NCBI GenBank assembly: GCA_963813335.1
Contig: CAWEYL010000004.1
Coordinates: 64,001-128,000 of the forward strand
DNA: 64,000 nt
From: an uncultured Chloroflexia bacterium
GTDB taxonomy: Bacteria; Chloroflexota; Limnocylindria; Limnocylindrales; CSP1-4
Direction: 5' to 3'
Each line of letters opens with the position of its first letter. Positions within the stretch are counted from its first letter, which is position 1. A program made the translations under genes and the position numbers. The notes below the pieces were generated by a model. The model did not search any database. It was given only the letters and a program-made list of their open reading frames with translations, and was not told where the DNA came from. Below, in pieces: positions 17,732-29,251 of the stretch.

Positions 17732-18547
17732 ATGAAGAAGAGCGACGAGATGTGGGCCTGCACGGCCTGCCGCTCGATCAACGCCAAGCGCTCCGACCGC
17801 TGCTACCGCTGCTTCACCCCGCGCTCCGCCGCCGGTGTCGCGCCGACGGAACTTCCTACCATCGGGCACGCGGCGCCGCCACCGGTCGCCGGCCGCTACA
17901 GGGACTCGCGCATCCGCGCCTTGCTCGTGAGCATGGCCGTCGTGATGGCCGCAGTCAGCACCGGCGCCATCTGGTGGATGCTCCACGAGGCCGGCCAGGC
18001 GCTCTCCGCCGGGGCGGATGACGCGGCCGGCACGATCATGGACCAGAGCGGGGCGATCTTCGCCTGGTGGCTCGTGTCCGTGGGGATCACCCTCGTCGCG
18101 TACGGCGCCTGGATCAGCCGCGTCATCGAGAACCTGCCCGCCCTCGGCCTGGGATATTCGCGGGTCTCGCCGCGGACCGCGTTCTTCGAGCCGTTGATCG
18201 TCGGGTTCAACATGCGCTCGCTGCCAGCCCGGGTCGGCGAGGTCCTCCGCCGGCTCGACCACAGTCGCCGCGGCGAGGGGATCATCGCGGCGGCCTACTT
18301 CGCGTTCATCGCGCCGCTGCTGGTCATGCTCCTCTTCAATCGCGCAGCCTTCTTCTTCACCCCGCGCACGGAGCGCTACGCCGACATGACCACGATCGGC
18401 CTGATCGGGTTCGGCGTCCAGGCGATCGGCTTCGCCCTCGTGATCGTGCTGATCTGGCATGTCGAACGACGCTGCCGCGAGCGGGCGGCGGGCGTGGCCG
18501 GCCGGGCGCCGGCCTCCACCGAGCCCTCGACGGTCACGGCGACCTAG
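17732..18547 (+). CDS. DUF4328-like membrane protein with an N-terminal RanBP2-type zinc ribbon
   Basis: WACTACRSIN..CYRC, followed by about 4 TM helices with WISRVIENL. Confidence 0.65.
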   Translation: MKKSDEMWACTACRSINAKRSDRCYRCFTPRSAAGVAPTELPTIGHAAPPPVAGRYRDSRIRALLVSMAVVMAAVSTGAIWWMLHEAGQALSAGADDAAGTIMDQSGAIFAWWLVSVGITLVAYGAWISRVIENLPALGLGYSRVSPRTAFFEPLIVGFNMRSLPARVGEVLRRLDHSRRGEGIIAAAYFAFIAPLLVMLLFNRAAFFFTPRTERYADMTTIGLIGFGVQAIGFALVIVLIWHVERRCRERAAGVAGRAPASTEPSTVTAT

Positions 18548-18549
18548 GC

Positions 18550-19491
18550 GTGCGCCTCGCGCGGTCCCGCTGGGGCGCGCTCCTGATCGCGACGGTCGCG
18601 CTCACCGCGGCGGCGTGTGTCGGCGACCCGATCGCCTCACCGACGCCGACCTCGACATCGACAGCGGCGGCGCCGTCCCAGGCGGCCGCCCCGACCCAGA
18701 CACCGAAGCCGACCCCCGCACCACTCCCGTCACGCACACCGAGGCCGCCGGCCACGATCCCGCCCGCCGCATCGCCATGGAGCGTGCCGGGCTCCGATCC
18801 GGCGGCGACGGCCGCCGTCCTCGAGGCCGTCCGCCAGCTCGGGACGCTGACGTCGTACCGGTTCGAGTCGTCCGTCACCGGACGCAGCGTCCTCAAGCTC
18901 GACGAGGACCAACTTCTCGACACCGGCGCGAAGGGCTGGCTCACGCACACGCCGAACGTGAATGTCGAGGGGGACTTCGGGACCCGGATGGTCGAAGCCG
19001 CCTTCGACGGCGCCGTCGGCAGCAGCCAGCACCTGGTCCTGCTCGACGGGACGGGCTGGGGCGTTCGCCCGAACCACAGCCCCGAGCCGACCGCGGTCCC
19101 CGCGGAGACGGTCGACTTCCTGGTCGGGATGTTCCTCCCAGAGGGTGTCGCCGAGCGGACGATCCGGCCATTCGCCGAAGGGTTCGAACGCGTCGGCACC
19201 GAACGACATGACGGCGTCGCCACGACGCACTACCGGCTCACGCCGGGGGGCGCGGACGCGTACACCAACGTCACCGGGGTCGTGGGCACGTGGACCGGCG
19301 ACCTCTGGATCGCCGAGGACGGGCACCTCGTCGCCGCGACGCTCGACGGGACGCCGCCACCGCGGCCCACGCCATCGCCCGACCCGTCGGGCCGCGACAC
19401 CCCGACGTGGTCGAAGGACCGCGGCCTGCACGTGATCATCAAGATCACCGACGCGAACGACCCCACCATCGAGGTCAAGCCGCCCGCCTGA
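18550..19491 (+). CDS. Lipoprotein, LppX/LolA-like fold suspected
   Basis: Lipobox AAAC, Pro/Thr linker, VGTERHDGVATTHY, DLWIAEDG and terminal IEVKPPA. Confidence 0.65.
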   Translation: MRLARSRWGALLIATVALTAAACVGDPIASPTPTSTSTAAAPSQAAAPTQTPKPTPAPLPSRTPRPPATIPPAASPWSVPGSDPAATAAVLEAVRQLGTLTSYRFESSVTGRSVLKLDEDQLLDTGAKGWLTHTPNVNVEGDFGTRMVEAAFDGAVGSSQHLVLLDGTGWGVRPNHSPEPTAVPAETVDFLVGMFLPEGVAERTIRPFAEGFERVGTERHDGVATTHYRLTPGGADAYTNVTGVVGTWTGDLWIAEDGHLVAATLDGTPPPRPTPSPDPSGRDTPTWSKDRGLHVIIKITDANDPTIEVKPPA

Positions 19492-19533
19492 CGCGACCGC
19501 TCCACCTTCGCCATCGGACGCTACGCTGTCGAG

Positions 19534-20187
19534 GTGACGACCCAGCCCACCCGACCCGAGATCCCGGCCGGTCTCCTCGCCGGCGGCGTGGTCGCCATCG
19601 CGCGGCGGCTCTCGTCCGAGGCGGCCCCGGTCGTGGCCGACGCCCTCGCCGAGGGCGGCGTCCACGCCTTCGAGATCACCCTCAACGAGCCGAAGGCCGT
19701 CGCGTTCCGCGCCATCGAAACCGTCGCCGCGAGCGGCTCGGACGTCGCGATCGGGGCCGGGACCGTGCTGACCATCGAGGACGCCGGCCTCGCCATCGAT
19801 TCCGGCGCGACCTTCCTGGTGATGCCGACCACCGACCCCGAGCTCGTGCGCTGGGCCGCCGCGCGCGGCATCCCGGCCTTCCCCGGCGCGGCCACCCCGA
19901 CCGAGATCCTGGCCGCGTGGCGCGCCGGCGCGGCCGCGGTGAAGCTCTTCCCGGCGTCCGCCCTCGGCCCGTCGTTCGTCCGTGAGTGCCGCGGGCCGTT
20001 CCCGGACATCCCGCTCGTCCCGACCGGCGGCGTGACCGCCGACACGGCCGGCTCGTTCATCGCCGCCGGGGCGGTGGCGGTCGGCCTCGGCAGCTGGCTC
20101 GTCGGCGACGGCGTCGCCAACGGCGTGACGCGGCGGGCCCGCCAGGTGGTCGACGCCGTCGCGTCCGCCCGCGAGGGACGTCACTGA
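19534..20187 (+). CDS. eda: KDPG/KHG (2-dehydro-3-deoxy-6-phosphogalactonate-type) aldolase
   Basis: FEITL, GAGTVL, PGAATPTE, VKLFPA and PTGGV motifs. Confidence 0.9.
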   Translation: MTTQPTRPEIPAGLLAGGVVAIARRLSSEAAPVVADALAEGGVHAFEITLNEPKAVAFRAIETVAASGSDVAIGAGTVLTIEDAGLAIDSGATFLVMPTTDPELVRWAAARGIPAFPGAATPTEILAAWRAGAAAVKLFPASALGPSFVRECRGPFPDIPLVPTGGVTADTAGSFIAAGAVAVGLGSWLVGDGVANGVTRRARQVVDAVASAREGRH

Positions 20188-21164
20188 TGGCCGCCGACGT
20201 CGTCACCCTCGGCGAATGCCTGATCTCGCTGATCCCCACCGCACCCGGGCCACTCGCCGAGGCGACCACGTTCGAGCGCCATGTCGCCGGTGCCGAGGCG
20301 AATGTCGCGGTGGGGCTCGCCCGGCTGGGCCATTCGGTCGCCTACATCGGGCGGGTCGGCGGCGACGGCTTCGGGACCGCCATCGTGCGTCGGCTGCGCG
20401 GCGAGGGCGTTGACGTCGGCCACCTTGTCATCGACGGCGAGGCGACCACCGGCCTGATGCTGCGCGAGCGGCGCGTCCTCGGGGCCGCCCAGGTCGTCTA
20501 CGCGCGGACCGGCTCAGCCGGCTCGCGACTATCGGTGATCGACGTGGACCGGGCCGCCGCCGACGGCATGTTCGCCGGCGCGCGCTGGCTGCACATCACC
20601 GGGATCACGCCGGCCCTGTCGGCCATGGCGCACGAGGCCGTACGCCAGGCGGTGGAGCTGGCGCGGACGTTCGACCTTACGGTCAGCTTCGACGTGAACC
20701 TCCGCCGCCGCCTCTGGACCGAAGCCGACGCCGCGCCGGTCGTGCGCACGTTCGCCGAGCACGCCGACATCGTCCTCGGCAGCCCGGACGAGCTCGCGGT
20801 CGTGACGGGTTCGACGAGCGACGACCCCGAGGACCTCGCCCGCGCGGTGCTCGATCTGGGTCCGTCGATCGCGGTCGTGAAGCTCGGCGCCGATGGGGCG
20901 CTCGGCCTCGAGCGGGGCGCGGCGCCGATCGAGAGCCCGGCGCTCCCGGTCCCGGCCGCCCTGGACCCCGTCGGGGCCGGCGACGGGTTCTGTGCCGGGT
21001 TCATCGCCGCGCGCCTGGACGGGGCGGACCTGGCGACGGCGCTGCGCACCGCGAACGCCTGCGGCGCGGCCGCCGTGGCCGCGGTCGGCGACCTGGCCGG
21101 CCTGCCCGATCCCACCGAGCTCGCACGGCTGCTCGCCGCCGCCGGCCCCGACACCATCCGGTGA
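20187..21164 (+). CDS. kdgK: PfkB sugar kinase (2-keto-3-deoxy sugar-acid kinase, KdgK-like)
   Basis: GAEANVAVGLARLG, FDVNLRRRLW and DPVGAGDGF; ATG overlaps the eda stop. Confidence 0.85.
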   Translation: MAADVVTLGECLISLIPTAPGPLAEATTFERHVAGAEANVAVGLARLGHSVAYIGRVGGDGFGTAIVRRLRGEGVDVGHLVIDGEATTGLMLRERRVLGAAQVVYARTGSAGSRLSVIDVDRAAADGMFAGARWLHITGITPALSAMAHEAVRQAVELARTFDLTVSFDVNLRRRLWTEADAAPVVRTFAEHADIVLGSPDELAVVTGSTSDDPEDLARAVLDLGPSIAVVKLGADGALGLERGAAPIESPALPVPAALDPVGAGDGFCAGFIAARLDGADLATALRTANACGAAAVAAVGDLAGLPDPTELARLLAAAGPDTIR

Positions 21165-22441
21165 CAGCCGGACCCGGGACGCCCTTCGACGGCGAGGCCG
21201 ACGCCCGAGCCCGGGACGCCGCCGACCCGTTGACCGCGAACCGCGACCGCTTCCTCCTCCCTGACGGGCCGGACGGCCCGGCCGGCCCGCCGGCGGTCTA
21301 CCTCGCCGGCCAGTCGCTCGGCCTCCAGGCCCGGACCGTCCGGCCGCTGGTCGAGGCCGAGCTGGACGCCTGGGCCCACCGCGGCGTCGAGGGCCATTTC
21401 GCGGCGGACCGGCCGTGGTTCACCAGCGACGAGGCGTTCCGCGACCCGATGGCCGGTCTCGTCGGCGCGTCGCGGAGCGAGGTCGCCGTGCTGAACACGC
21501 TGACCGTCAACCTGCACCTCATGCTCGCCTCGTTCTTCCGCCCGGCGGGGCCGCGCCGCCGGATCCTGACCGATGCCCCGATCTTCCCGTCCGACCGGCA
21601 CGCGTTCCGGAGCCACCTCGCCTGGCGCGGCCTGGACCCCGACGCGGACCTGGTCGCCATCGGTCCACGCGCCGGCGAGGACACCGTCCGGATCGAGGAC
21701 CTCGAGGCGGCCATCGCGGAGCACGGCCCCACCCTCGCGCTCGTGGTCCTCGACGGCGTGAACTTCGCGACCGGGCAGGCCCTCCCGGTCGCCCGCCTGA
21801 CCGAGGCCGGCCATCGAGCCGGGGCGGTCGTCGGCTGGGACATGGCACATGCCGCGGGGAACGTCCCGCTGGCGCTCCATGACGACGGCGTCGATTTCGC
21901 CGTCTGGTGCACCTACAAGTACCTGAACGGCGGGCCGGGCTCGGTCGGCGCGATCTTCGTGCACGACCGCCACACGGCCGCCGGCGCGGACGTGCCGCGT
22001 CTCACCGGCTGGTGGGGGGCGACCCCCGAGCACCGCTTCGACCAGGCCGGCCCGATCGTCCCGGACACCGGCGCGGCCGCCTGGAAGATGTCGACCTCGC
22101 CGCTCTTCAACATGCTGGCCCTGGAGGCGTCGCTGGCCATCTTCGACGAGGTCGGCCTGCCGGCCCTGCGCGAGCGCTCGGTCCGGCTCACGGGCTATCT
22201 CGAGGCACTGCTCGACCGCCTCGGCGTCGCGATCCTGACGCCGTCGGACCCGTCAGCACGCGGCGCCCAGCTGTCACTCCGGTTCGGTGACGCGCCAGCC
22301 GTGCTCGAGGCGCTGGCGCAGCGGGGCGTCATCGCCGACTACCGCGAGCCGGACATCATCCGGGTCGCGCCGATCCCGCTCTACAACACGTTCCTCGACC
22401 TCTGGCGGTTCGGCGCGATCCTCCGCGAGATCCTGGCCTAG
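21161..22441 (+). CDS. kynU: Kynureninase
   Basis: YLAGQSLGLQ, NTLTVNLH, DMAHAAGN, WCTYKYLNGGPG and RGAQLS motifs. Confidence 0.93.
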   Translation: MTAGPGTPFDGEADARARDAADPLTANRDRFLLPDGPDGPAGPPAVYLAGQSLGLQARTVRPLVEAELDAWAHRGVEGHFAADRPWFTSDEAFRDPMAGLVGASRSEVAVLNTLTVNLHLMLASFFRPAGPRRRILTDAPIFPSDRHAFRSHLAWRGLDPDADLVAIGPRAGEDTVRIEDLEAAIAEHGPTLALVVLDGVNFATGQALPVARLTEAGHRAGAVVGWDMAHAAGNVPLALHDDGVDFAVWCTYKYLNGGPGSVGAIFVHDRHTAAGADVPRLTGWWGATPEHRFDQAGPIVPDTGAAAWKMSTSPLFNMLALEASLAIFDEVGLPALRERSVRLTGYLEALLDRLGVAILTPSDPSARGAQLSLRFGDAPAVLEALAQRGVIADYREPDIIRVAPIPLYNTFLDLWRFGAILREILA

Positions 22442-23319
22442 GCGGCGAACTCGACCGCCGGGTAGCCGCGGAACCCGGGCCGCACCTTGAACAGGCTGCC
22501 GGCGTGGGGCTCCGAGGCGCGCTGGGCGTCGGACAATTCGGACCAGGCGCACGTGATGTACAGGTCCTCGAGGTCCGGGCCGCCGAACATGACGCTCGTC
22601 ACGTGCGAGGCGGCCACGTCGACGACGACATCGATGCCGCCGCCGGGCGCGAAGCGGACGACCTTCCAGCCGTTCCAGAGCGCCACCCACAGCCCGCCCT
22701 CGGTGTCCATGGTCATGCCGTCGAGGTCGCCCGGCTCGTCGTCGGCCAGGGTCAGGTGCGTCCGCCGGCCCGAGATCGCGCCGGTCGCGAGGTCGTAGTC
22801 GAAGGCGTCGATGCGCCGCGTCGGCGTGTCGATGTAGTACAGCGTCCCGCCGTCGGGGGTCCAGACGAGCCCGTTCGAGATCGTGACCCCGTCGAGGAGC
22901 TGCGTCGTCGTCCCGTCCGGATCCAGCCGGTGGAAGCCACCGGCGCCGGGCCGCTTGTCGTAGGCCATCGAACCGGCGAGGAATCGCCCGACCGGGTCGC
23001 ACTTGCCGTCGTTGAAGCGGCGGTCGGGCAGGTCCGCCTCCACCGCCGCCAGCCGTCGCCACGCGTCCGACCCGGGGTCGGTCACCCAGAAGCCGTCCTG
23101 CAGCGCCGCCACCATCCCGCCGCCCTGGCGGATCGCGACCGAGCCGATGTCGGACGGCGTCGGCACCGAGGTGACGCGCCCGTCGGTCGGGCGGTAGCGG
23201 AGCACCTGGCGCCCCGGGATATCGACGAACGCGAGCTCCCCGGTCCGGGCATCCCAGATCGGCCCCTCGCCCAGCTCCCACCGGCCGTCGGCCACGACCT
23301 CGGCGGTCCACTTCTGCAT
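22438..23319 (-). CDS. SMP-30/gluconolactonase family protein
   Basis: LGEGPIWD, RFNDGKCDP, SNGLVW, DGMTMD and FGGPDL motifs. Confidence 0.9.
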   Translation of the reverse strand: MQKWTAEVVADGRWELGEGPIWDARTGELAFVDIPGRQVLRYRPTDGRVTSVPTPSDIGSVAIRQGGGMVAALQDGFWVTDPGSDAWRRLAAVEADLPDRRFNDGKCDPVGRFLAGSMAYDKRPGAGGFHRLDPDGTTTQLLDGVTISNGLVWTPDGGTLYYIDTPTRRIDAFDYDLATGAISGRRTHLTLADDEPGDLDGMTMDTEGGLWVALWNGWKVVRFAPGGGIDVVVDVAASHVTSVMFGGPDLEDLYITCAWSELSDAQRASEPHAGSLFKVRPGFRGYPAVEFAA

Positions 23320-23352
23320 GCCGCCATCGTGCCACGGCGCTACGCTCCGTGG

Positions 23353-24512
23353 ATGCGCATCGCAACGGTCGAGACCCGCATCGTCGGCAACGCCTGGAAG
23401 AACTGGCTGTTCGTCCGGGTCGAGACCGACGATGGCCTGCACGGCTACGGCGAGGGCACCGTCAACGGCTTCGCGGCGACGGTCGCGGCGGCCATCGAGG
23501 AGCTCAGCGACCAGTACCTCGGCGCGGACCCGCACGACGTCGAGGGGCTCCTCCAGCGGATGGTCCGCGACGTCTATTCCGACGGCGGGCAGATCCACAT
23601 GGCCGCCGTGGCCGCGATCGAGATCGCCTGCTGGGACATCGTCGGCAAGGCGGCCGGCCTGCCCGTCCACGCCCTCCTCGGCGGGCGGGTCCGCGAGCGC
23701 GTCCGCGCGTACGCCAATGGCTGGTACCGCACGGAGCGGGAGCCCGCCGCCGTGGCCGCCAAGGCGCGCGAGGTCGTCGCCGCCGGCTACACGGCGATGA
23801 AGTTCGACCCGTTCGGGACCGCCTGGCGCGTCCAGGACCGCCGCGAGGAGGACCTCTCGATCGACATCGTCCGCGCGGTCCGCGACGCCGTCGGCCCCGA
23901 CGTCGACCTGATGATCGAGGCGCACAACCGCTTCACCGGCTCGACCGCGCTGCGCATCGCCGACCGCCTCGCCGAGTTCCGGCCCGCCTGGCTCGAGGAG
24001 CCCGTCCACCACTCGCAGCTGGGCTCGATGGTCGAGGTCGCCCGCCGCTCGCCGGTGCCGATCGCGACCGGCGAGAGCTTCACCTCGCTCGGCCAGTTCG
24101 CCGACCTGCTGTCGCACGACGTCGTCCACATCCTCCAGCCCGAGCCGCTCCACCTCGGCGGCATCTGGCGCACCCGCCAGCTGGCGTCGATGGCCGAGGC
24201 CCACCTCGCGGTCGTCGCGCCGCACAACGCCCAGGGCCCGGTCTGCGGCGCGGTCGCGGTCCAGCTCGGCGCGTGCATCCCCAACTTCTATGTCCAGGAG
24301 ACCTTCGACGAGTTCAACGCCGACTGGACCCAGGAGATCGTGGACCGGCCGATCCGGCCCGTCGACGGCTATGTCGGGATCCCCGACGCACCCGGGCTCG
24401 GCATCGAGCTCGACTGGGACCGCCTCGGCGAGCACCCGTACCGGCGCCAGCACCTCATCCGGCTGTTCAGCCCGGGTTGGGAGCGCCGCGACGACGCGCC
24501 GGGCGAGCCCAC

Positions 24513-24516
<4 letters not shown>
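23353..24516 (+). CDS. dgoD: Mandelate racemase-family sugar-acid dehydratase (galactonate dehydratase-like)
   Basis: WLFVRVETDDG, WDIVGK, KFDPF, IEAHNRF, EEP, ATGE and APHN motifs. Confidence 0.78.
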
Positions 24517-25706
<1,190 letters not shown>

Positions 25707-25786
25707 CAGCAGCGCCGAATCGGCCTGAACCAGGGTGGGTACGCCTCCCTCCGGCGTTCCCGCAGGACACGATGTAGGCTCGCGGC

Positions 25787-27565
25787 GTGGCAGCCGATCG
25801 CTTCCAGCGTCACCTCGTCGTCGTCCTGTACGGCCTGGCCCTGATCACGCTGGTCCTGCTCCTGCCTGACTTCGCCCCCAAGAGGTCGCAGTCAGGCACC
25901 CCGGTCGAGGCATACCGCGGCCGGATCGAACAGATCTCGACCCCGTCGACGGACCCCGAGTCGGACCTGCCGCCGGTCCCGATCGCGACCGTGACGATCC
26001 TCGACGGCCCGCGCCAGGGCCAGCGCCTGGACGCGTACCTTTCCGGCCCGAGTGGATCGCAGGACACCTCGACATACAGCGCCGGCCAGGAGGTCGTGGT
26101 GACCATCACCAAGACCGCCGACGGATCGCAGGACTACATCGAGGTGAGCGACCGCTGGCGGCTGCCGGGGCTGGGCATCCTGGCCCTCGTCTGTGCCATC
26201 GCGGTCGTGGTCGTCGGCGGCTGGCAGGGGCTTCGCGCCCTGGTCGCCCTCGGCCTGACCGCCGTCATCATCGTCAAGGTCCTGCTCCCGCTGATGATCG
26301 CCGGTGTCCCGCCGGTCCCCCTCGCCGTCCTGACGGCGAGCGGCGTGACCGTCGTCACGATCCTGATGACGGAGGGCCTGCGGCGCACCAGCCTGGCGGC
26401 CATCCTGGGCACGACCGGCGCCCTCGCGCTGAGTGGCCTGCTGGCCGCGGTCGCGACCGCGCTCCTCGGCTTCACGTACACCGCGGGCTCCGACCTCGCC
26501 TTCCTCGCGACGCCCGATGGCGGAGGGCTGGACCTGCGCGGCGTCCTGCTTGCCGCGATCATCCTCGGCTCGGTCGGCGTCCTTGACGATGTGACCGTCA
26601 CCCAGGCCGTCCTCGTCGACGAACTCGCGGGGAAAGGCCAGCTCCGCGGCGGCGCGCTCCTGCGCAGCGCGATGACCATCGGCCGCTCCCACATCGGGGC
26701 GACCGTGAACACGCTGTTCCTCGCGTACGTGGGGGTAGGCCTGCCGCTGCTCATCGTCCTGCTCGTCAGCGCTCAGCCCAGCGCGGCCGTCTTCAACGAC
26801 GAGTCGATCGCCACCGAGATCGTGCGCACACTGATCGGTAGCGTCGGGATCGTCGCGGCGATCCCGCTCACGACCTTCATCGCCGCCCCGCTCGTCGATC
26901 CCGCGCTCGCCTCGGACGGCAGCCCCGACGCGGGCCGCGCGAGGCGGCGGGTCGCCGGGGTCGTCGCCATCGTGGCCGCACTGCTGGTGGCGACATCGCT
27001 GTCATCGCTGCTGGCGCCGCCGCGAGCCCCGCTGGCGCCAGATCGTCTTGACCCGGGCGCGCTCGGCACCGGGAACGGGGTGGGCGCGTCGAGCGTTCCG
27101 CTCACCGACGTCGGTCGCTCGCCCGGTGCCTCCGCGGACGCCGGTGCCGGGTCGCCGGGGCCCGACGACTCCGCGGCACCCGGTGACGACCTGCAGCTCG
27201 TCGACCCGGGGCAGGCCGTTCCGGTCGACGTCGGGGGCGCGACCGTGGGAACCGTCGCGGTCGCCGAGCCGGACGCCACCGCCGGCCCGACCAGCTCGAC
27301 CCGGACGGTCACGACGACCGTCCACTACGAGGCGACTGCGAGATTCCCGCTTGCCAGCGGCAGCTGGGCGGTCCTGCTTGGCGACGGGACCGAGGTGGCG
27401 CTCACACCGGTGAGTCGCGATGAAGTCCTGCACTCGACCCTGACCGCCGGGCAGCGACTCGATGTCCCGCTGACAGGCGCCATCCCGAGCGACGCGAGCA
27501 GCGCCTTCGTCGTCTACGTCGACAGCGAGACGTCCAACCTCGTCTTCGCGGTCGAGGTCCCCTGA
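25787..27565 (+). CDS. YibE/F family membrane protein with an extra C-terminal beta-rich domain
   Basis: GVLDDVTVTQA, HIGATVNTLFLAY and EIVRTL motifs; an extra TM, a linker and a domain of roughly 130 aa. Confidence 0.82.
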   Translation: MAADRFQRHLVVVLYGLALITLVLLLPDFAPKRSQSGTPVEAYRGRIEQISTPSTDPESDLPPVPIATVTILDGPRQGQRLDAYLSGPSGSQDTSTYSAGQEVVVTITKTADGSQDYIEVSDRWRLPGLGILALVCAIAVVVVGGWQGLRALVALGLTAVIIVKVLLPLMIAGVPPVPLAVLTASGVTVVTILMTEGLRRTSLAAILGTTGALALSGLLAAVATALLGFTYTAGSDLAFLATPDGGGLDLRGVLLAAIILGSVGVLDDVTVTQAVLVDELAGKGQLRGGALLRSAMTIGRSHIGATVNTLFLAYVGVGLPLLIVLLVSAQPSAAVFNDESIATEIVRTLIGSVGIVAAIPLTTFIAAPLVDPALASDGSPDAGRARRRVAGVVAIVAALLVATSLSSLLAPPRAPLAPDRLDPGALGTGNGVGASSVPLTDVGRSPGASADAGAGSPGPDDSAAPGDDLQLVDPGQAVPVDVGGATVGTVAVAEPDATAGPTSSTRTVTTTVHYEATARFPLASGSWAVLLGDGTEVALTPVSRDEVLHSTLTAGQRLDVPLTGAIPSDASSAFVVYVDSETSNLVFAVEVP

Positions 27566-27578
27566 GCGAAGCTCCGGA

Positions 27579-28427
27579 TCACATCCCGGCCCTGGTGTGC
27601 CGGCCCGCGAGGAGCCCGCTTCGCGGCGAAAGCACCAGCGCGATCGCGAAGGCGATCGTCTCGGCCAGGACGATCGCGGCCCCTGAGGCGACGCTCAGGT
27701 AGAAGCTCGCGTACAGCCCGAGCACGGCTGAGACGACCGCGATCGCGACCGAGACGACGATCAGGCGGTCGAACCGGTCGACGAGGAGCTGGGCGGTGGC
27801 GGCCGGGGTGACCAGCATCGCCACGACGAGGATGATCCCGACCGCCTGGATGCTGACGACGATGGTGACCCCGAGGAGGGCCAGCAACAGGTACTCGAGC
27901 CTCGTCACCGGCAAGCCCGATGCTGCCGCGCCGGCCGGGTCGAAGGTCGCGTACAGGAGCTCCTTGCGCAGCACCAGGACGACCATGAGGACGATCGAGC
28001 CGAGGATCGCGACCTGGGCCAGGTCTGCCGCCGTGATGCTGAGCACGTTGCCCAGCAGGTAGCTGAACAGGTCAGTCACGTAGCCGCGGATGGTGCTGAA
28101 GAGCAGGACGCCCAGCGCGAACATCCCGGCGAACAGCACGCCGACCGCGGTGTCGAAGCGGAGGCTGCCGCGACGTGACACGAACCCGATGGCGAGCGCC
28201 GTGCTGACCGCGGCCACGGCTCCGCCGATGTACAGCGGGATGCCGACGAGGTAGGCGATCACGAGCCCCGGAAAGGCCGCGTGACTGACGGCGTCGCCGA
28301 TGAAGGCCAGGCCCTTCAGGACCACGAACGCGCCCATCACGGCGCAGACGATGCCCACGATGACGGCCGCGACAAGGCCACGCTGCATGAACCCGTAGGC
28401 GAGCGGGTCGAGCAGGAAGCCGGTCAC
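27579..28427 (-). CDS. Zn/Mn ABC transporter permease (ZnuB/MntB-like)
   Basis: IGDAVSHAAFPG, YLLGNVL and VGIILVVAMLVTPAATA motifs. Confidence 0.93.
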   Translation of the reverse strand: MTGFLLDPLAYGFMQRGLVAAVIVGIVCAVMGAFVVLKGLAFIGDAVSHAAFPGLVIAYLVGIPLYIGGAVAAVSTALAIGFVSRRGSLRFDTAVGVLFAGMFALGVLLFSTIRGYVTDLFSYLLGNVLSITAADLAQVAILGSIVLMVVLVLRKELLYATFDPAGAAASGLPVTRLEYLLLALLGVTIVVSIQAVGIILVVAMLVTPAATAQLLVDRFDRLIVVSVAIAVVSAVLGLYASFYLSVASGAAIVLAETIAFAIALVLSPRSGLLAGRHTRAGM

Positions 28428-29251
28428 CGAGGATCGTCCTCGTGGTAATGCGGCTCGCGACCGGCGGCCTGGTCGTGGTGGTGGGCATCGTCGAGGACGA
28501 AGGTGCCGCCCGTGAGGTCGGGCAGGACGAGTACGTGGCCGCCATAGGTCTCGGCGAGCAGCCGCTGGTCGAGGACGAGGTCCTTGGCCGGCCCAGCGGC
28601 GACGATGCGCCGATTCACGAGGGCGGCATCCTGGAACCGGTGGGCGGCACCCGCGAGATCGTGCGTGGTGGCGACGACGGTCTTGCCATCTCGCGCCTGG
28701 GCCTCCAGGACGTCCATCAGGTCCTCTTGCGTGGTGGCGTCGACCCCGGTCACGGGCTCGTCGAGAAGGTAGAGGTCCGGCCGTGCGGCAAGGGCCCGAG
28801 CCAGGAAGACGCGCCGGCGCTGGCCACCGGACAGGGCCCCGATCTGGCGTCCCCGATGGTCCGCCATGCCGACCGTCTCGAGCGCCTCGGCGACCGCGGC
28901 CCGGTCCGCCGGCCCCGGACGACGGCCGATGCCGATCGCGGGGTAGCGGCCCATCATCACGACCTCGCCGACCGTCACGGGGAAGGCCCAGTCGACCACC
29001 TCGGCCTGCGGCACGTACGCGACCCGCCGCGCCGCGCTCCCGGGCGGCCCTCCCAGGACGCGCGCCGTCCCGGCGCGGATGGGGAGCAGCCCCGCCAGCA
29101 CCTTCAGGAGTGAGCTCTTGCCTGAGCCGTTCGGCCCGATGATCGCGAGCAGCGACCCGCGCTCGATGGTCAGGTCGACGTCATCGAGCGCGATGTGGTC
29201 GCCATATCCGGCCGTGACGTCATCGAGCTGGACGGCTGGCTCGACGGCTAT
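28424..29251 (-). CDS. Zn/Mn ABC transporter ATPase (probable non-canonical ATA start)
   Basis: Walker A GPNGSGKS lies upstream of the first GTG (29101); LSGGQ, LLDEP and a His-rich tail. Confidence 0.88.
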   Translation of the reverse strand: MAVEPAVQLDDVTAGYGDHIALDDVDLTIERGSLLAIIGPNGSGKSSLLKVLAGLLPIRAGTARVLGGPPGSAARRVAYVPQAEVVDWAFPVTVGEVVMMGRYPAIGIGRRPGPADRAAVAEALETVGMADHRGRQIGALSGGQRRRVFLARALAARPDLYLLDEPVTGVDATTQEDLMDVLEAQARDGKTVVATTHDLAGAAHRFQDAALVNRRIVAAGPAKDLVLDQRLLAETYGGHVLVLPDLTGGTFVLDDAHHHDQAAGREPHYHEDDPR

